From IMG/VR virus record IMGVR_UViG_3300009506_000019, positions 102,062 to 166,061 of that record: DNA of 64,000 bases; one strand, given 5' to 3'. Shown one piece after another: positions 1 to 10,690 of the stretch. Both the position numbers and the translations under genes were made by a program. Positions within the stretch are counted from its first letter, which is position 1, and each line of letters starts with the position of its first letter. Origin of the DNA: a virus. The notes beneath the pieces are model-generated. The model was not told the origin of the DNA. It saw only the letters and a program-made list of their open reading frames with translations, and did not search any database.

Positions 1-1
1 G

Positions 2-2644
2 AGTTGTGTCATCGATAAGTATGGCTCCCTTTGCAAATTTTGCTTCAGGAGTCATCACAAATTCTCGAGGAGCGGAAGACTTGTCAATCCATCCAGATGG
101 GAGTTTTGGTTCTCCAATCACAATGTTTGCTTGGCTGGACACCAACGCCGGTTCTTCTGAAACAACTGTGTCTATGGTCAAGTCGCCAAATGTGTCTTCA
201 CTCCCAGACTCAATTGGTGGCACGCGTGTCTTTGGTATTACTTCATATGTTCCATTCAGAATATCATAGTTGCCCTTTATCGGGTCTTTGAGAGCCCAAA
301 TTTCATTACCACCACTTGGTGTTACACTTATTACTGTTGCAACTTCTCCAGAACTCCATGGAGTAACACGAATACTTGTAGTAACAGAATTTACAATAGA
401 AAATTGATGTAGTATCGCCGCTTTAACTCCAGACACATTTGGAAGTGTACCAATATTTAGCGGATCAACATAAATATCAATCCATTTATAACCATCAATA
501 GGAGCGCTGTAAAGACGAATATACCCACCACCACCGATTGAAACAAATGAACTCCATGTAGAAGAATACGGGGGTTTCCAACGAAGAAATGTTCCAGCCT
601 GCTGCCAATCAAATTCCATCTGATTAGTAAAATTTATTTCATCAGGAATGCTGGGATCTGTTGCTAATATATAGACATACCATAAGCTTGCAAATGGAAC
701 ATTTTTATGTGCTCGTTCCTGCACACCAGCTGAATTAGTACGATCGTATCGTATAAGTAATTGTTGAGACGACTCATTAACATCCAATACGGGATGTACA
801 CCTCTCATGCAACTCACATATTTATCACCTGATCCTGACAACACATTTAGCAATATGTGTGTGATCCCTCTTTTTAAAGTAAATGAACCGCTGAAATTTT
901 CAATGTATGCTTCATGTCCATATGATCCACCAATAGGATTTAACTCAAAATCAACTAATGTTCCAGTACCTAAATCATTACCTTGTCCTCTGCCGATAAT
1001 CACATCGAATGGAACATCAACAACACCATTTACGCTGTTGAAGCTTTCCATCGTACCATTCGTAACCACAACTTCTGTGTCATTTTCAGACACAGATGCC
1101 TGCAATAAGGCATATTTTTGGTCAAGGCCAAAGACATCCCTATGATGACTGAATGGGCCATCTAGCACTTGAACAGTTGATGGTCCATCTGCAATAAAAT
1201 CATTTTCAGAGTTGATTCTGAGCTTGGTGGTAGACAAGACAGTTTCAATTGGGCTTTGATACCTATTTTCTATGACGAATGTGTCGGTTGCTGTAGGTGG
1301 GGTGTCAAAGCCAACAAACACATCAATGTGGTCTGTCCCATTATCTGAATATAATCTGGAGACTCCACCTGGAGTGAAAGTAACTGGTGCTCCCAAAGCA
1401 CCATCGGTTGGAGACTGATACGATAGATTTCCAAAACCATCTGAGTTGATAGTGCCTGTTCCAGTGAGTATTGCTGGGTTTACATTTAATTCTGTATGAT
1501 CGCTTACGGATATTACTTCAAGATATCCGTCCAACGAACCACCGGGTTGACTCTGTACTCGCCTAAATTGTTCATAATGCAGACTATTTTTCATATATAG
1601 GTTCATAGAACCAGCAACCAAACCTACATCAAAATCAAACCATAACCTTGGGATGAAGATACCACGATTGTCTACATTGAGGTAGAGTCTGACCCCGGTA
1701 GCTGGAGTAAAACCTGTTGGAGCAAACAATGAATCGAAAAACGCCTTGGATCTTCCGGTAGGAATTACATACCTACCATCAACAGAAACTACCGGGCTAT
1801 CATAGAATCTTGGTGTATTAAGAAGTGGGACAAATTTAAGTATGTCCGGTGGAACCCAAACAAACCGTTTGAAGCGTTTGCTGTATGTGAGTGTTCCGGT
1901 TCCCGTGTTTGCATAGGCATCTGCTTCAACCAGCGTAACAAAATCACCAACGGAATTGATCTCTGTCACTAGGTCACTGCCATCCAAAGGACGGACAGCT
2001 TCTTGAAAATCGTTGTTTGGCAACCTATTGCGTCCGAGAATCCAACGTGGGGCGTTTATAGAACGCGAAAAGATAAGAGGGTTTACTTGTGTGATAGCCG
2101 CGACCACAGCACGTTTCCCAGACAATCTGCCACCGAATTGTCTGAACGCCTGACGCATGAATTGAAGAATCTCTCTATATGTCTCGAGATCAGCACCAAA
2201 TTCGTTAGGGGTAAGAAGCCGTACACCATGCGCCAAATCAATATCTGTAGAGCCAGCCTCAGCAAGCCTGAACGCCTTGAGTGTTGACTCAATGTAGTCA
2301 TCGATTACTTCTGCTTGTTCAGCAATGGCGGCATGCCACACGCTGAAATCTTTGGTTGTGACATACGCGGTGACTTTGTTTTCACTAGCTTCTTGATGTA
2401 ATTCTACTACCACATCTCCAAGAGGAAGATGTAGCTCGAAAATGGCGTTTCCATTCACATCGGTCGTAACAAACCCACTCTCAATGTCATTGACGAATAT
2501 TTGATAGGTTGTATTTGGATTATTGGTCAATAATCTGAGCTGGGTATTGCCACTTCTATAAGGTATTACGTTCCCAATTGCATCGTAAAATTGACCAGCT
2601 GGAACGTAAGAACCTAGGTCAGTATATCTGGTCTCAGTTGTCAT
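2..2644 (-). CDS. Large baseplate wedge/tail protein (P2 gpI-like N-terminal region); 3' end runs off the window; absent from the ORF track
   Basis: ATG at 2644 overlaps the upstream TGA (ATGA); reads MTTETRYTDLGSYVPAGQFYDAIG... and I found no stop before position 1; contains GADLETYREILQFMRQAFRQFGGRLSGKRAVVAAIT, resembling the wedge 'E-x-YR...G...' motif. Confidence 0.7.
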   Translation of the reverse strand, partial: MTTETRYTDLGSYVPAGQFYDAIGNVIPYRSGNTQLRLLTNNPNTTYQIFVNDIESGFVTTDVNGNAIFELHLPLGDVVVELHQEASENKVTAYVTTKDFSVWHAAIAEQAEVIDDYIESTLKAFRLAEAGSTDIDLAHGVRLLTPNEFGADLETYREILQFMRQAFRQFGGRLSGKRAVVAAITQVNPLIFSRSINAPRWILGRNRLPNNDFQEAVRPLDGSDLVTEINSVGDFVTLVEADAYANTGTGTLTYSKRFKRFVWVPPDILKFVPLLNTPRFYDSPVVSVDGRYVIPTGRSKAFFDSLFAPTGFTPATGVRLYLNVDNRGIFIPRLWFDFDVGLVAGSMNLYMKNSLHYEQFRRVQSQPGGSLDGYLEVISVSDHTELNVNPAILTGTGTINSDGFGNLSYQSPTDGALGAPVTFTPGGVSRLYSDNGTDHIDVFVGFDTPPTATDTFVIENRYQSPIETVLSTTKLRINSENDFIADGPSTVQVLDGPFSHHRDVFGLDQKYALLQASVSENDTEVVVTNGTMESFNSVNGVVDVPFDVIIGRGQGNDLGTGTLVDFELNPIGGSYGHEAYIENFSGSFTLKRGITHILLNVLSGSGDKYVSCMRGVHPVLDVNESSQQLLIRYDRTNSAGVQERAHKNVPFASLWYVYILATDPSIPDEINFTNQMEFDWQQAGTFLRWKPPYSSTWSSFVSIGGGGYIRLYSAPIDGYKWIDIYVDPLNIGTLPNVSGVKAAILHQFSIVNSVTTSIRVTPWSSGEVATVISVTPSGGNEIWALKDPIKGNYDILNGTYEVIPKTRVPPIESGSEDTFGDLTIDTVVSEEPALVSSQANIVIGEPKLPSGWIDKSSAPREFVMTPEAKFAKGAILIDDTT

Positions 2645-3309
2645 GACTTATATATCTCTACTCTGTCAACGAAGGTGCTTTCTCCGGGAGTAATCAAACC
2701 GCCAATCCCAATTTTATCAGTTTGAGGGATACCACTTCTATTCTCTAGAATATTTGGGCTTACCTTCAACCAATCTGGAGTGGTTATCTGATGATAGTTT
2801 AGATCGTTGGTAAATACCTGTACAACAGCCCTTCCATCGGACTGCAAAAGAAAATCGAGTCTAATGTGAAACCATTTATATTGTCCATTGGTTCCACCAA
2901 GAAGCGGCTGCTCATATAACTTGGTAGATGTCCCATTTAGCAACCGATACAAATTCAATGTGTGATCGTCCAGAATGAGCAGTTGATATCCGTTGGGCGT
3001 GAATTGATCTATAATGTCACCAGAAACTGGTGTCACTGTAACATCATCATCCATGCGCAAGCCAATACCTGCCATATGCACCAGTGCATCTGTCTTTTTG
3101 ATAGAAAAGGCAGCTCGAATACTCAAATCCTGAATCAATGTGTATTGTTCACTGATGTACTTGAAAAACCAATGGCCACGATCACCACTAAAACTTCTGC
3201 AATACAAATCGTGAGCTAGCTGGTCATCAGGCACCGTAACGTTCTCTTGGCGACCATCAACGATGGTACCAGCACCAGATGTTAATTTTTCCCAATCAAG
3301 CTGTCCCAT
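2641..3309 (-). CDS. Beta-sandwich (concanavalin/lectin-like) baseplate-associated protein
   Basis: 222 aa, beta-rich; MGQLDW start and 'FVDRVEI' end shared with the two upstream ORFs. Confidence 0.5.
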   Translation of the reverse strand: MGQLDWEKLTSGAGTIVDGRQENVTVPDDQLAHDLYCRSFSGDRGHWFFKYISEQYTLIQDLSIRAAFSIKKTDALVHMAGIGLRMDDDVTVTPVSGDIIDQFTPNGYQLLILDDHTLNLYRLLNGTSTKLYEQPLLGGTNGQYKWFHIRLDFLLQSDGRAVVQVFTNDLNYHQITTPDWLKVSPNILENRSGIPQTDKIGIGGLITPGESTFVDRVEIYKS

Positions 3310-3316
3310 ATCAATC

Positions 3317-4138
3317 TCACGGAGGAATAACTTCGTAGTTGGTTATAATTACGTCTTCAACTTCCATCTCCAAGAAATATGGTGATCCTCCATACCAGTT
3401 GGTAGATGTGCTGTCTGTTTGAAACCCAAAACCAGGATAGAACCCACTAGACAAATCAATGCCAACACCAAGTATTTCGGTATTGTAATCGTATGAACCA
3501 ATTTGCTCCCAATCAGACCAGCCAACACTACCAGGCGGTGTCATCTCTGTACCACCATTGTAGCGGATCATCATTCTAAAATCTTCGCTGCCTAGCACAA
3601 GATCATTGAGTAGGAAAACTACTTCAAATTGTCTCCACTGTGTGCCGCCTATTTTTGGAACACTCTCAAGAGAAGCAGATGGAGCATTGGCTTCACCACC
3701 AGCCACCGTAACTCCATTTGCAATCCTTCTTGTCCAAAGATCAAGACCAGTTGTGCCAAGATTGTTGTTGAACCCAACCATAATAAGATCGATGTCTGCG
3801 TCTGGTGTTGGTGTTCCTTGATAATATCCATCATCACCTATCAAAGCTGGACTAATAATTGCCCCAAACCTGAAGTTGTTTGGGTTAACCACACCACCAG
3901 CCATTGCCATTGAGATAGCACAATACTTTGTTGGTAGAACCGCGCTGCCTGGTCCCTTATAGAGTTGCCCCCAAATCTTTGGCACTGTTCCACCAGACGA
4001 CAACTCTGTATGTAGAATAGGATTACCACTGGCACCAGGCGGGAAAGATGACTGAGATGTTTCTTTGGCTACAAGTCGCAACCCATAGCCGCCGAAATCG
4101 GCACCATTTCTAAATTCTGTCCAGTTTGCCTGTGCCAT
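3317..4138 (-). CDS. Beta-sandwich (lectin-like) virion protein
   Basis: 273 aa; MAQANW start, Gly/aromatic-rich strands, PGFGF motif near the C-terminus. Confidence 0.5.
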   Translation of the reverse strand: MAQANWTEFRNGADFGGYGLRLVAKETSQSSFPPGASGNPILHTELSSGGTVPKIWGQLYKGPGSAVLPTKYCAISMAMAGGVVNPNNFRFGAIISPALIGDDGYYQGTPTPDADIDLIMVGFNNNLGTTGLDLWTRRIANGVTVAGGEANAPSASLESVPKIGGTQWRQFEVVFLLNDLVLGSEDFRMMIRYNGGTEMTPPGSVGWSDWEQIGSYDYNTEILGVGIDLSSGFYPGFGFQTDSTSTNWYGGSPYFLEMEVEDVIITNYEVIPP

Positions 4139-4854
4139 TAGTCAATCAACTCCTGCGTGATTGACACGCGATCCCAATAGTGCCCATTACTGATATACGC
4201 ACCAGAAGTTCTGGCCATAATGCCAAAACCCCAATACCCAGCATTGTACAAGACACCTGGGGAAGAATCTATATCTGTGAGCCCAAAATTTGTCCAACCA
4301 GGACTTCCTGGCAATGTGAGCTGAGTTCCATTGTTTCTTCGTGTGTATGTTTCTACATTTCCACCATTGTTGATCAAACGCATCTCGAATTGAGTATAGT
4401 AAGTTGAATAATCAACCACGTTGTAGATAAATGTTCCAGCAATCTTACTTGCAACACCATTTACTATTTTATACATCGCCCAATAGGCGTTGTTGTCTGT
4501 GGTGGCGTCCATTTCGACACCAGCCATATAGAAATTAAGATCATTTGGATCAGAAATTACACCATTCAGATTTATTTGTGATCGTAGGATAACTCCAGTC
4601 AAAAGTGGACCAGAGTAGTTGGAACGAATAGCTGCAGAGATTTGCCCTTCCAAAAGTGGAAATTCACCAATGTCAGGACCGTTATACATATATCCCATTA
4701 CTGGATTGGGAGAGCCTCCAGTCCAGGCTCCATAGGTGAGTTTCAATGCTGTAGTGTCTCCACCAGGGGACACTTCTGTTGCAGTCTGTACACCATTAAA
4801 AACCTGGTCTCCAGGAGCATTGTATTCGAAAAAATTCCAGTCAGCTTTTGCCAT
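4138..4854 (-). CDS. Beta-sandwich (lectin-like) virion protein
   Basis: 238 aa; MAKADW start, GYWGFG and WDRVSI motifs. Confidence 0.5.
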   Translation of the reverse strand: MAKADWNFFEYNAPGDQVFNGVQTATEVSPGGDTTALKLTYGAWTGGSPNPVMGYMYNGPDIGEFPLLEGQISAAIRSNYSGPLLTGVILRSQINLNGVISDPNDLNFYMAGVEMDATTDNNAYWAMYKIVNGVASKIAGTFIYNVVDYSTYYTQFEMRLINNGGNVETYTRRNNGTQLTLPGSPGWTNFGLTDIDSSPGVLYNAGYWGFGIMARTSGAYISNGHYWDRVSITQELID

Positions 4855-4856
4855 AA

Positions 4857-6944
4857 TTACTCCGTATTGAACGTTCTCAATCTGCAGTCGCCAGCACTAG
4901 TTGGACTCATCTGTCCAAAGAACGAGGTCGCGTCCAATCCATTATGGAATCTATGCCAAAGCTGTACCTTGGTTCCATTTGAACTATCACCAGGATTACC
5001 TACTTGCTCTCCAGCCAATGACCAACCATTAGACCAACCAAGAAGAATGGTATCATTGCGATAATATGCAGAAACTGTAGCCCATAGCTGTTGTTGTTGT
5101 CCATTTATTCCACTAGAAAGTACAACCACATCGCTGCCACTAAAGTATCCACCTCTGTTTACATCAAGCACGTTAACATCAGACAACAACCCGGTGTATT
5201 CCGCAACAAAGAACGCTGCATTGTAGTCACCAGCAGCCAAGTTTACCGTCAACGATGGTGTCACAGTACCATCTACATCATATCCAACCCAATACTCCAT
5301 GGAGCCGTCACGATTTCCAACCCAAGTTACGCCAGTTTGAACTATAGACGTAATAGCACGAATGATGGAAGATCCAGCCAGTATCAGAATGTTTCCTGGG
5401 GTTGGTGTAACACCGAAAGTTATGGGAATGGACGATGATCCACCAGCAATGTGAGAAGCTCCAACCGATTGAACCAACGACACTGGATGTGGTGGATACC
5501 AATCTGAGAAATCTTCAACATCTTTCACTGGAGTTGTTGGGTTGTCTCCAGTTCCGTATTCAAGATAGCTTGGGTCCAAATTCTCTTCGGGATAGATTCT
5601 GTTCTTGGTCCAACCATCTCCTGTAAGATCGTTCCAATAGACAGGTGGTTCTTCAAAGCCTTCCTCTACTGGATCATCTGACATCTTAGCGTAGTCTTTC
5701 CAACCACTCACAAATTCTTCATACGGAAAGACCGATGGTTCAAAATAAGATGGAAAGCCACTGAATTCCAAATTGTCCAATGGAATTTCGGCTACTGGCT
5801 CGAGTTCTTCTTCCAAGGCTGTAGACTCATACTTCTTTTTAACAATTGAGTCTACAATATCTAACTGTGCTGTGAGACTCTTACCAATTATGAACTCCTG
5901 TGGTGGCAGCACATAGGTAAATCTTTTTATGGCTTCTGCGTTTCCATGAATGCCAAGAATTTTCACTGGATACTGACCAACATTCGCTCCACCAGGAACA
6001 TTTTGAATTAACAAGTCCCTCAAAATTGGTGGACGTGATGGTGGCTTAATGAACATATCAGCAGAGTGCTGAGCTTCCGATGTTTTCTTTAGATATGTAT
6101 CTACTGATTGAAATACAGAACTAGCCCCAACCAGCAACGAGTCTGCTGTATGCTGCTTTGTACTGGTTTTTCGAAGCAAAGTGTCTGTGTCATGATCAAT
6201 CTCTGATACGAGCCGCACGAACGAATCAGTTGTGTGATTGTCTTCATATTGAAGAGAACCAGCAAAGGCAGCCATTACGGCCGTGTAATCAGCTGGATTT
6301 CCGACACCAGTTATACAATTCAGACCTTGTTCGTCTGTAATTTTATATGCTAAGTATCCATAGGCATTGCTCTCTATTGGATTTGCGCCAGTATCTTCTT
6401 GTCCCAGCCAGATAAACCCATTGGTTGGAGCAATTATTGGATCATTGTCTCTTTCATTCCATACGAAAAATGCAACCAACAACGAGGGTGGAATAGGCGT
6501 TGCGCCAATAGCAGTTGTGTCGAACGCATTATTAGTATCGCTCTTGGTTGCGGATGTTACAAATACATTAAGGTCATCCGTATTAAGACCACCAACGCTC
6601 ATACCCAGAGACACTATTCTGCTGTTTGCAGTGCCTGGATAGATGTCGATATCAAAATTTTGATTTCCACCAAAACCAGTGTTTTTGCTTGATACCCAAA
6701 CTTGCGTGTGTAATATACCACCACCAGCAACAGACCGAGAATGTTGAAACACTCTCGTCATGGTCATTTGATTGATTAAGGTGTCATGATGTACATCGAT
6801 ACTGGTAATTCCATACGGGACATAATCTTGAATGCCAACACAGATGATTGCTCTTTCACCAGTAGATACACTGAGACCATCCAAATTACTGTGAACAGCA
6901 CTATTATCATGCCTTTTGGCAAAATCGTGATAGGTTATGGTCAT
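4857..6944 (-). CDS. Multi-domain tail/baseplate appendage protein with N- and C-terminal jelly-roll-like domains
   Basis: 695 aa; short H-T-x-D-S/T repeats in the middle; C-terminal domain similar to 27277..27957. Confidence 0.5.
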   Translation of the reverse strand: MTITYHDFAKRHDNSAVHSNLDGLSVSTGERAIICVGIQDYVPYGITSIDVHHDTLINQMTMTRVFQHSRSVAGGGILHTQVWVSSKNTGFGGNQNFDIDIYPGTANSRIVSLGMSVGGLNTDDLNVFVTSATKSDTNNAFDTTAIGATPIPPSLLVAFFVWNERDNDPIIAPTNGFIWLGQEDTGANPIESNAYGYLAYKITDEQGLNCITGVGNPADYTAVMAAFAGSLQYEDNHTTDSFVRLVSEIDHDTDTLLRKTSTKQHTADSLLVGASSVFQSVDTYLKKTSEAQHSADMFIKPPSRPPILRDLLIQNVPGGANVGQYPVKILGIHGNAEAIKRFTYVLPPQEFIIGKSLTAQLDIVDSIVKKKYESTALEEELEPVAEIPLDNLEFSGFPSYFEPSVFPYEEFVSGWKDYAKMSDDPVEEGFEEPPVYWNDLTGDGWTKNRIYPEENLDPSYLEYGTGDNPTTPVKDVEDFSDWYPPHPVSLVQSVGASHIAGGSSSIPITFGVTPTPGNILILAGSSIIRAITSIVQTGVTWVGNRDGSMEYWVGYDVDGTVTPSLTVNLAAGDYNAAFFVAEYTGLLSDVNVLDVNRGGYFSGSDVVVLSSGINGQQQQLWATVSAYYRNDTILLGWSNGWSLAGEQVGNPGDSSNGTKVQLWHRFHNGLDATSFFGQMSPTSAGDCRLRTFNTE

Positions 6945-7315
6945 GGCAATTCAAAATCCCTGAGCTTTGGAGGATAGAACCATGGATGATCTTCTTTGAA
7001 ATCGCCAGCCGCCTCTATAAATCCATCCTCAAATACATATGACATGGATTGAACGATTTCATCACCAACTTTCATTCTCCATCCAACAATATGACAGGCT
7101 TTTTCTGGTCCTCCTACAGTCTTTTCCACTCTTCTCCTATACACTAATTTGCGTCTTTCGTCTAAGAACAACTTTAAGACGCAATCGCTATCTTTCATCA
7201 ACAAAAAGACTCGCACACGGTCTCTGTCAATGATGTCAGCAGACACAGGGGATCCATCTTCGTTGTATTTTCTCACAACAGTGCCGTCGTCGTATTCAGC
7301 AAGCCACCAGTACAT
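6941..7315 (-). CDS. Hypothetical phage protein
   Basis: 124 aa, coupled to neighbours; WLAEYDDG start. Confidence 0.55.
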   Translation of the reverse strand: MYWWLAEYDDGTVVRKYNEDGSPVSADIIDRDRVRVFLLMKDSDCVLKLFLDERRKLVYRRRVEKTVGGPEKACHIVGWRMKVGDEIVQSMSYVFEDGFIEAAGDFKEDHPWFYPPKLRDFELP

Positions 7316-7316
7316 A

Positions 7317-7847
7317 TCAAGTCTCGTCGTATCTCCAGGTCATGGTGATAGGCGTAACTGCGCCCGGACTTGCCGATGCCCCAACACCAAATTGGTAAAC
7401 CATGAAATCGCCAACAGGCCCGGTGCTGGTGGTTGAACCAGAAATGGAGAATGGACTACCAGACGTGTAGGGTGTCAAGTCAACTGGTGTTGCCCCGAGC
7501 GATGGATAGTTCGTGGTGTTCAACACGTCTCCGGTGTCCCCAACACTGCCAGTAGCTTCAACATAACTGCTAGCAGAGTAGCCTTTCAAAGTAAGGCCAG
7601 GGTCCAAAGCTCCACTCATGAACCAACGAATATTGTCCAGAGTGCCGCCCAATCCAGAAACCACCTCGAGTTGAGTAGATACCCAAAATGAGTATTTAGT
7701 TCCTGTGGTTGGAATGGCCACTGGATTGTTGGTCCCTGCGGTGGTGTGCGTATCCTCCGCGTTGGCACGGGTATTTATGCCCGTAATGTTCGATGCCGCG
7801 CCAGGCGACACCCCATTGAATCTATTTATGATTACGACAGCTGCCAT
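7317..7847 (-). CDS. Small beta-rich virion structural protein
   Basis: 176 aa, Thr/Gly/Ser-rich, GGAG RBS, ends WRYDET. Confidence 0.55.
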   Translation of the reverse strand: MAAVVIINRFNGVSPGAASNITGINTRANAEDTHTTAGTNNPVAIPTTGTKYSFWVSTQLEVVSGLGGTLDNIRWFMSGALDPGLTLKGYSASSYVEATGSVGDTGDVLNTTNYPSLGATPVDLTPYTSGSPFSISGSTTSTGPVGDFMVYQFGVGASASPGAVTPITMTWRYDET

Positions 7848-7855
7848 GTTAGCTC

Positions 7856-10690
7856 CTACACGTTCACAATTGAATCCCCAATGACTACGACTGGCCTAAC
7901 TGTGAAGTTAGATATTTTGGTGTTAATGCTTCTGTCTGTAATGGTCTTGTTGTAGAATCGAAGGATTCCAGGACCATCTTTCAAAGATGTGTTGATTAGG
8001 TTCACACCATCAATGTAGATTTTTATTTGCTTGCCAGCTCTCAGCATTCTGATGGAGAATTGGCTTTTCTGGGTATTGATGAGCTTTTTGTTGATGGTAG
8101 GAATCCCACTGTTGGTGAGCAAGGCCCTAAAATAGGCCCTGTTCACAATGTCTGCTACCATTTCTATGGCGAGCACAACACCATTTGCTCGCATTTCCAT
8201 AGCAGCAAGAATTACTTCACTTTGTGGTGGGCTAGATACTATATTGGCATCCACCTCAAAATCAATTGATATGTCAGCGCCACTTGGCAGATCTCCACTA
8301 TAACTTCTGAGCATCCTGGCCATAGCAGACCCAATGCCAGTTGTTGATAGAGTAAGAATTCCACTTTTAACATTGATTCCAGCAGCGCCTGTTGATTCGT
8401 CATTTACACCATCATCAACAAACAACAATTCACTACCAGCACCGATATCGATATCGCTGGCAAATTCCACCTTAAATGTTTCACCACCAGACAACTCATC
8501 AGAGGTTGGTAGAATATTAGAAATCTGTGGAAATGGATAATATGCGTCTGGGTTCTCGTCCAGCAGCATCTTGCAACTTTTTATTACAATGGCTTTGTCA
8601 CCAGACACAATACTTCCTAATTCAATACTATCGACCGCAGCTGGAACAACAGAGGATGGGCCACCTGTTTGTTTTAATAGATATGGGTCCACAAAGTCTT
8701 CTTTGCCAGAATATAATCTGGCTACTAGATTGTCTTGTGTTCCCTTTATGGATAACCTGAAGAACAGGCTGTCTCCTTTAATGCTGGGTCTGAAGTCATA
8801 TGGTGGAGAATTCACAATGTCATCTAACCACACTTCATGTGTGGAAAAATCAACAGATACTGATGCCACTCCTTGTTCCCCACGTAATAATCTTAATACT
8901 TTTGTCTTCCCAACAACCGCTCCAGCAGACACCACAACATCGAAAAGAACACCAGTTTCGAAATCAAGACCGGCAGCATTCTTTCTGATAAAGCTAGTAC
9001 CAGCAGCGTTTGGAACGGTAGTCATTCCACCAACGCCAAACGTTGGTGTAGAACCTGTACCTGATGTCTGAATGGTAAAATCAGACGGCAAACTTGAAAG
9101 ATCAACTTCTTCCGTATACACTGCCGGGAAGATAAATTGGAAAGTTTGTGGTACGAAAGAATAGATGAATGCGTATGGTGTAGTTTCAAAGGTGTAATTC
9201 ACCTGAGGCATCGTTGTGCCTTGCAGGTCATTGTCGGCATCTATTCGAACAGCGATTACTTGACTAGTTTGAAGAGGATCTTCTGGTACAATGGTAACAT
9301 CATAACCACTGCCATCACCAATCGGCGCGACCACTGAACCAGGACCACTATATCCAGCCTGGAAAATACCACCAATAATAGCTGCCTCGTACCCACTTCC
9401 TTGATCGATGCTTACATCGATAGTTGCAACATCAACACCACCAATGGGATTCGACGCAACCCTAAACTTTATCTGTGTTCCTATGCCAACGTCTGTTTCC
9501 CCCGGCGCAGGATCTTGATTAGATACTGCTGGTTCTTCATATTCAAGATATGATTCATTATTGAACTCAAGCAAACAACATTCGCGAACAGTTGCCGCTT
9601 GTGCTAGAGATTGTGACCAAAGATTAGATAAAGTGCTAGAACTGGAACCTTGTCTTGCACCATGCATGATGGCGTCTGGAACACTAGAGATTCCAGGATT
9701 TTGTGTGGCTGGAGCAAACTTATTTCCAGGACCAAAACTGATAATAGTACCAGTGCCGCTTCTATATGTTTGAAGGTTCCACTGCTGAGCGTCATCCAAC
9801 GCATCACATGCAACACGAGCAAATATGGCATTCCAACCATACAAGTAAGGAGTTGTAATTTCGTTTACGGTATGAGTCGATGTGTCTGAATATACTGTGT
9901 TCAACACAGCCTGGTCATACTTATGGCCACCAAACGTATTCAAACGAACAATGAAAATGTTCGAATATCTATGATCCCACGCATTAGCACCAATAAACTC
10001 TGTTCTGATAGTGAGTGGGGTAGCTGCTGGTGCTGGTAGCACCCACAAACCGTTCATTGTGTAAGACAGATTCGGGTTAGCAGCACCATTATATACATCT
10101 CTCTGCATTTCACAGAGCTGTTGTGCGTTGGTCACATCATAGACACGCATTCCACCGTACGTGCCCTTTGTGCTTCCAGATGGGTTGTCAATTGCCCCAA
10201 AAGCAAAGACTGCATAGTCGCTCGTACCATCAGGCGTAAAGGTTATCGAAGCACCAGGATTATCTGTATATGTGTTGTTGAGATCAGCCTTTGGTGTGGA
10301 GTTTTCATTGAAGAAGTAATCGTAACCTTCAGCTAGATACTCCAGATCAATTGCAATGGCTCTAACGAAATTTGTTTGAGCATTGGTACCAGAATGCTCT
10401 CTTCCTACAATGCCAATATATGTATCTGAAACAGGAGTGAATATGCCCTGGCCATAGAAGTTGTGAGCGCTATCGTCATGTTGCCATCGTCCCTTAAATC
10501 TTGGATCTATGGCACCATCAACTTTCCAATCAATACTAAAATCAGTACCACCAAATCCGTAGGCGTGAGCATTCCATACGATGAAATATTTCTGACCCAA
10601 TACCAGTGTAGTGATGTTGATAGTTTGGTCGGAACTAGTCCAACCAATACTAGAAAGCGAACTGTATCTAAAATCGATTATGCCAGCCAT
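7856..10690 (-). CDS. Large baseplate-associated protein with Ig-like and lectin-like domains
   Basis: 944 aa; PAVSNQDPAPGETDV Ig-like (Big_5-type) motif at ~aa 390. Confidence 0.55.
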   Translation of the reverse strand: MAGIIDFRYSSLSSIGWTSSDQTINITTLVLGQKYFIVWNAHAYGFGGTDFSIDWKVDGAIDPRFKGRWQHDDSAHNFYGQGIFTPVSDTYIGIVGREHSGTNAQTNFVRAIAIDLEYLAEGYDYFFNENSTPKADLNNTYTDNPGASITFTPDGTSDYAVFAFGAIDNPSGSTKGTYGGMRVYDVTNAQQLCEMQRDVYNGAANPNLSYTMNGLWVLPAPAATPLTIRTEFIGANAWDHRYSNIFIVRLNTFGGHKYDQAVLNTVYSDTSTHTVNEITTPYLYGWNAIFARVACDALDDAQQWNLQTYRSGTGTIISFGPGNKFAPATQNPGISSVPDAIMHGARQGSSSSTLSNLWSQSLAQAATVRECCLLEFNNESYLEYEEPAVSNQDPAPGETDVGIGTQIKFRVASNPIGGVDVATIDVSIDQGSGYEAAIIGGIFQAGYSGPGSVVAPIGDGSGYDVTIVPEDPLQTSQVIAVRIDADNDLQGTTMPQVNYTFETTPYAFIYSFVPQTFQFIFPAVYTEEVDLSSLPSDFTIQTSGTGSTPTFGVGGMTTVPNAAGTSFIRKNAAGLDFETGVLFDVVVSAGAVVGKTKVLRLLRGEQGVASVSVDFSTHEVWLDDIVNSPPYDFRPSIKGDSLFFRLSIKGTQDNLVARLYSGKEDFVDPYLLKQTGGPSSVVPAAVDSIELGSIVSGDKAIVIKSCKMLLDENPDAYYPFPQISNILPTSDELSGGETFKVEFASDIDIGAGSELLFVDDGVNDESTGAAGINVKSGILTLSTTGIGSAMARMLRSYSGDLPSGADISIDFEVDANIVSSPPQSEVILAAMEMRANGVVLAIEMVADIVNRAYFRALLTNSGIPTINKKLINTQKSQFSIRMLRAGKQIKIYIDGVNLINTSLKDGPGILRFYNKTITDRSINTKISNFTVRPVVVIGDSIVNV

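Noticed and set aside
2641-10690. Diversity-generating retroelement acting on receptor-binding genes
   Set aside because: No reverse transcriptase and no adenine-mismatched repeat pair noticed in the window; a self dot-plot would be needed to exclude it fully
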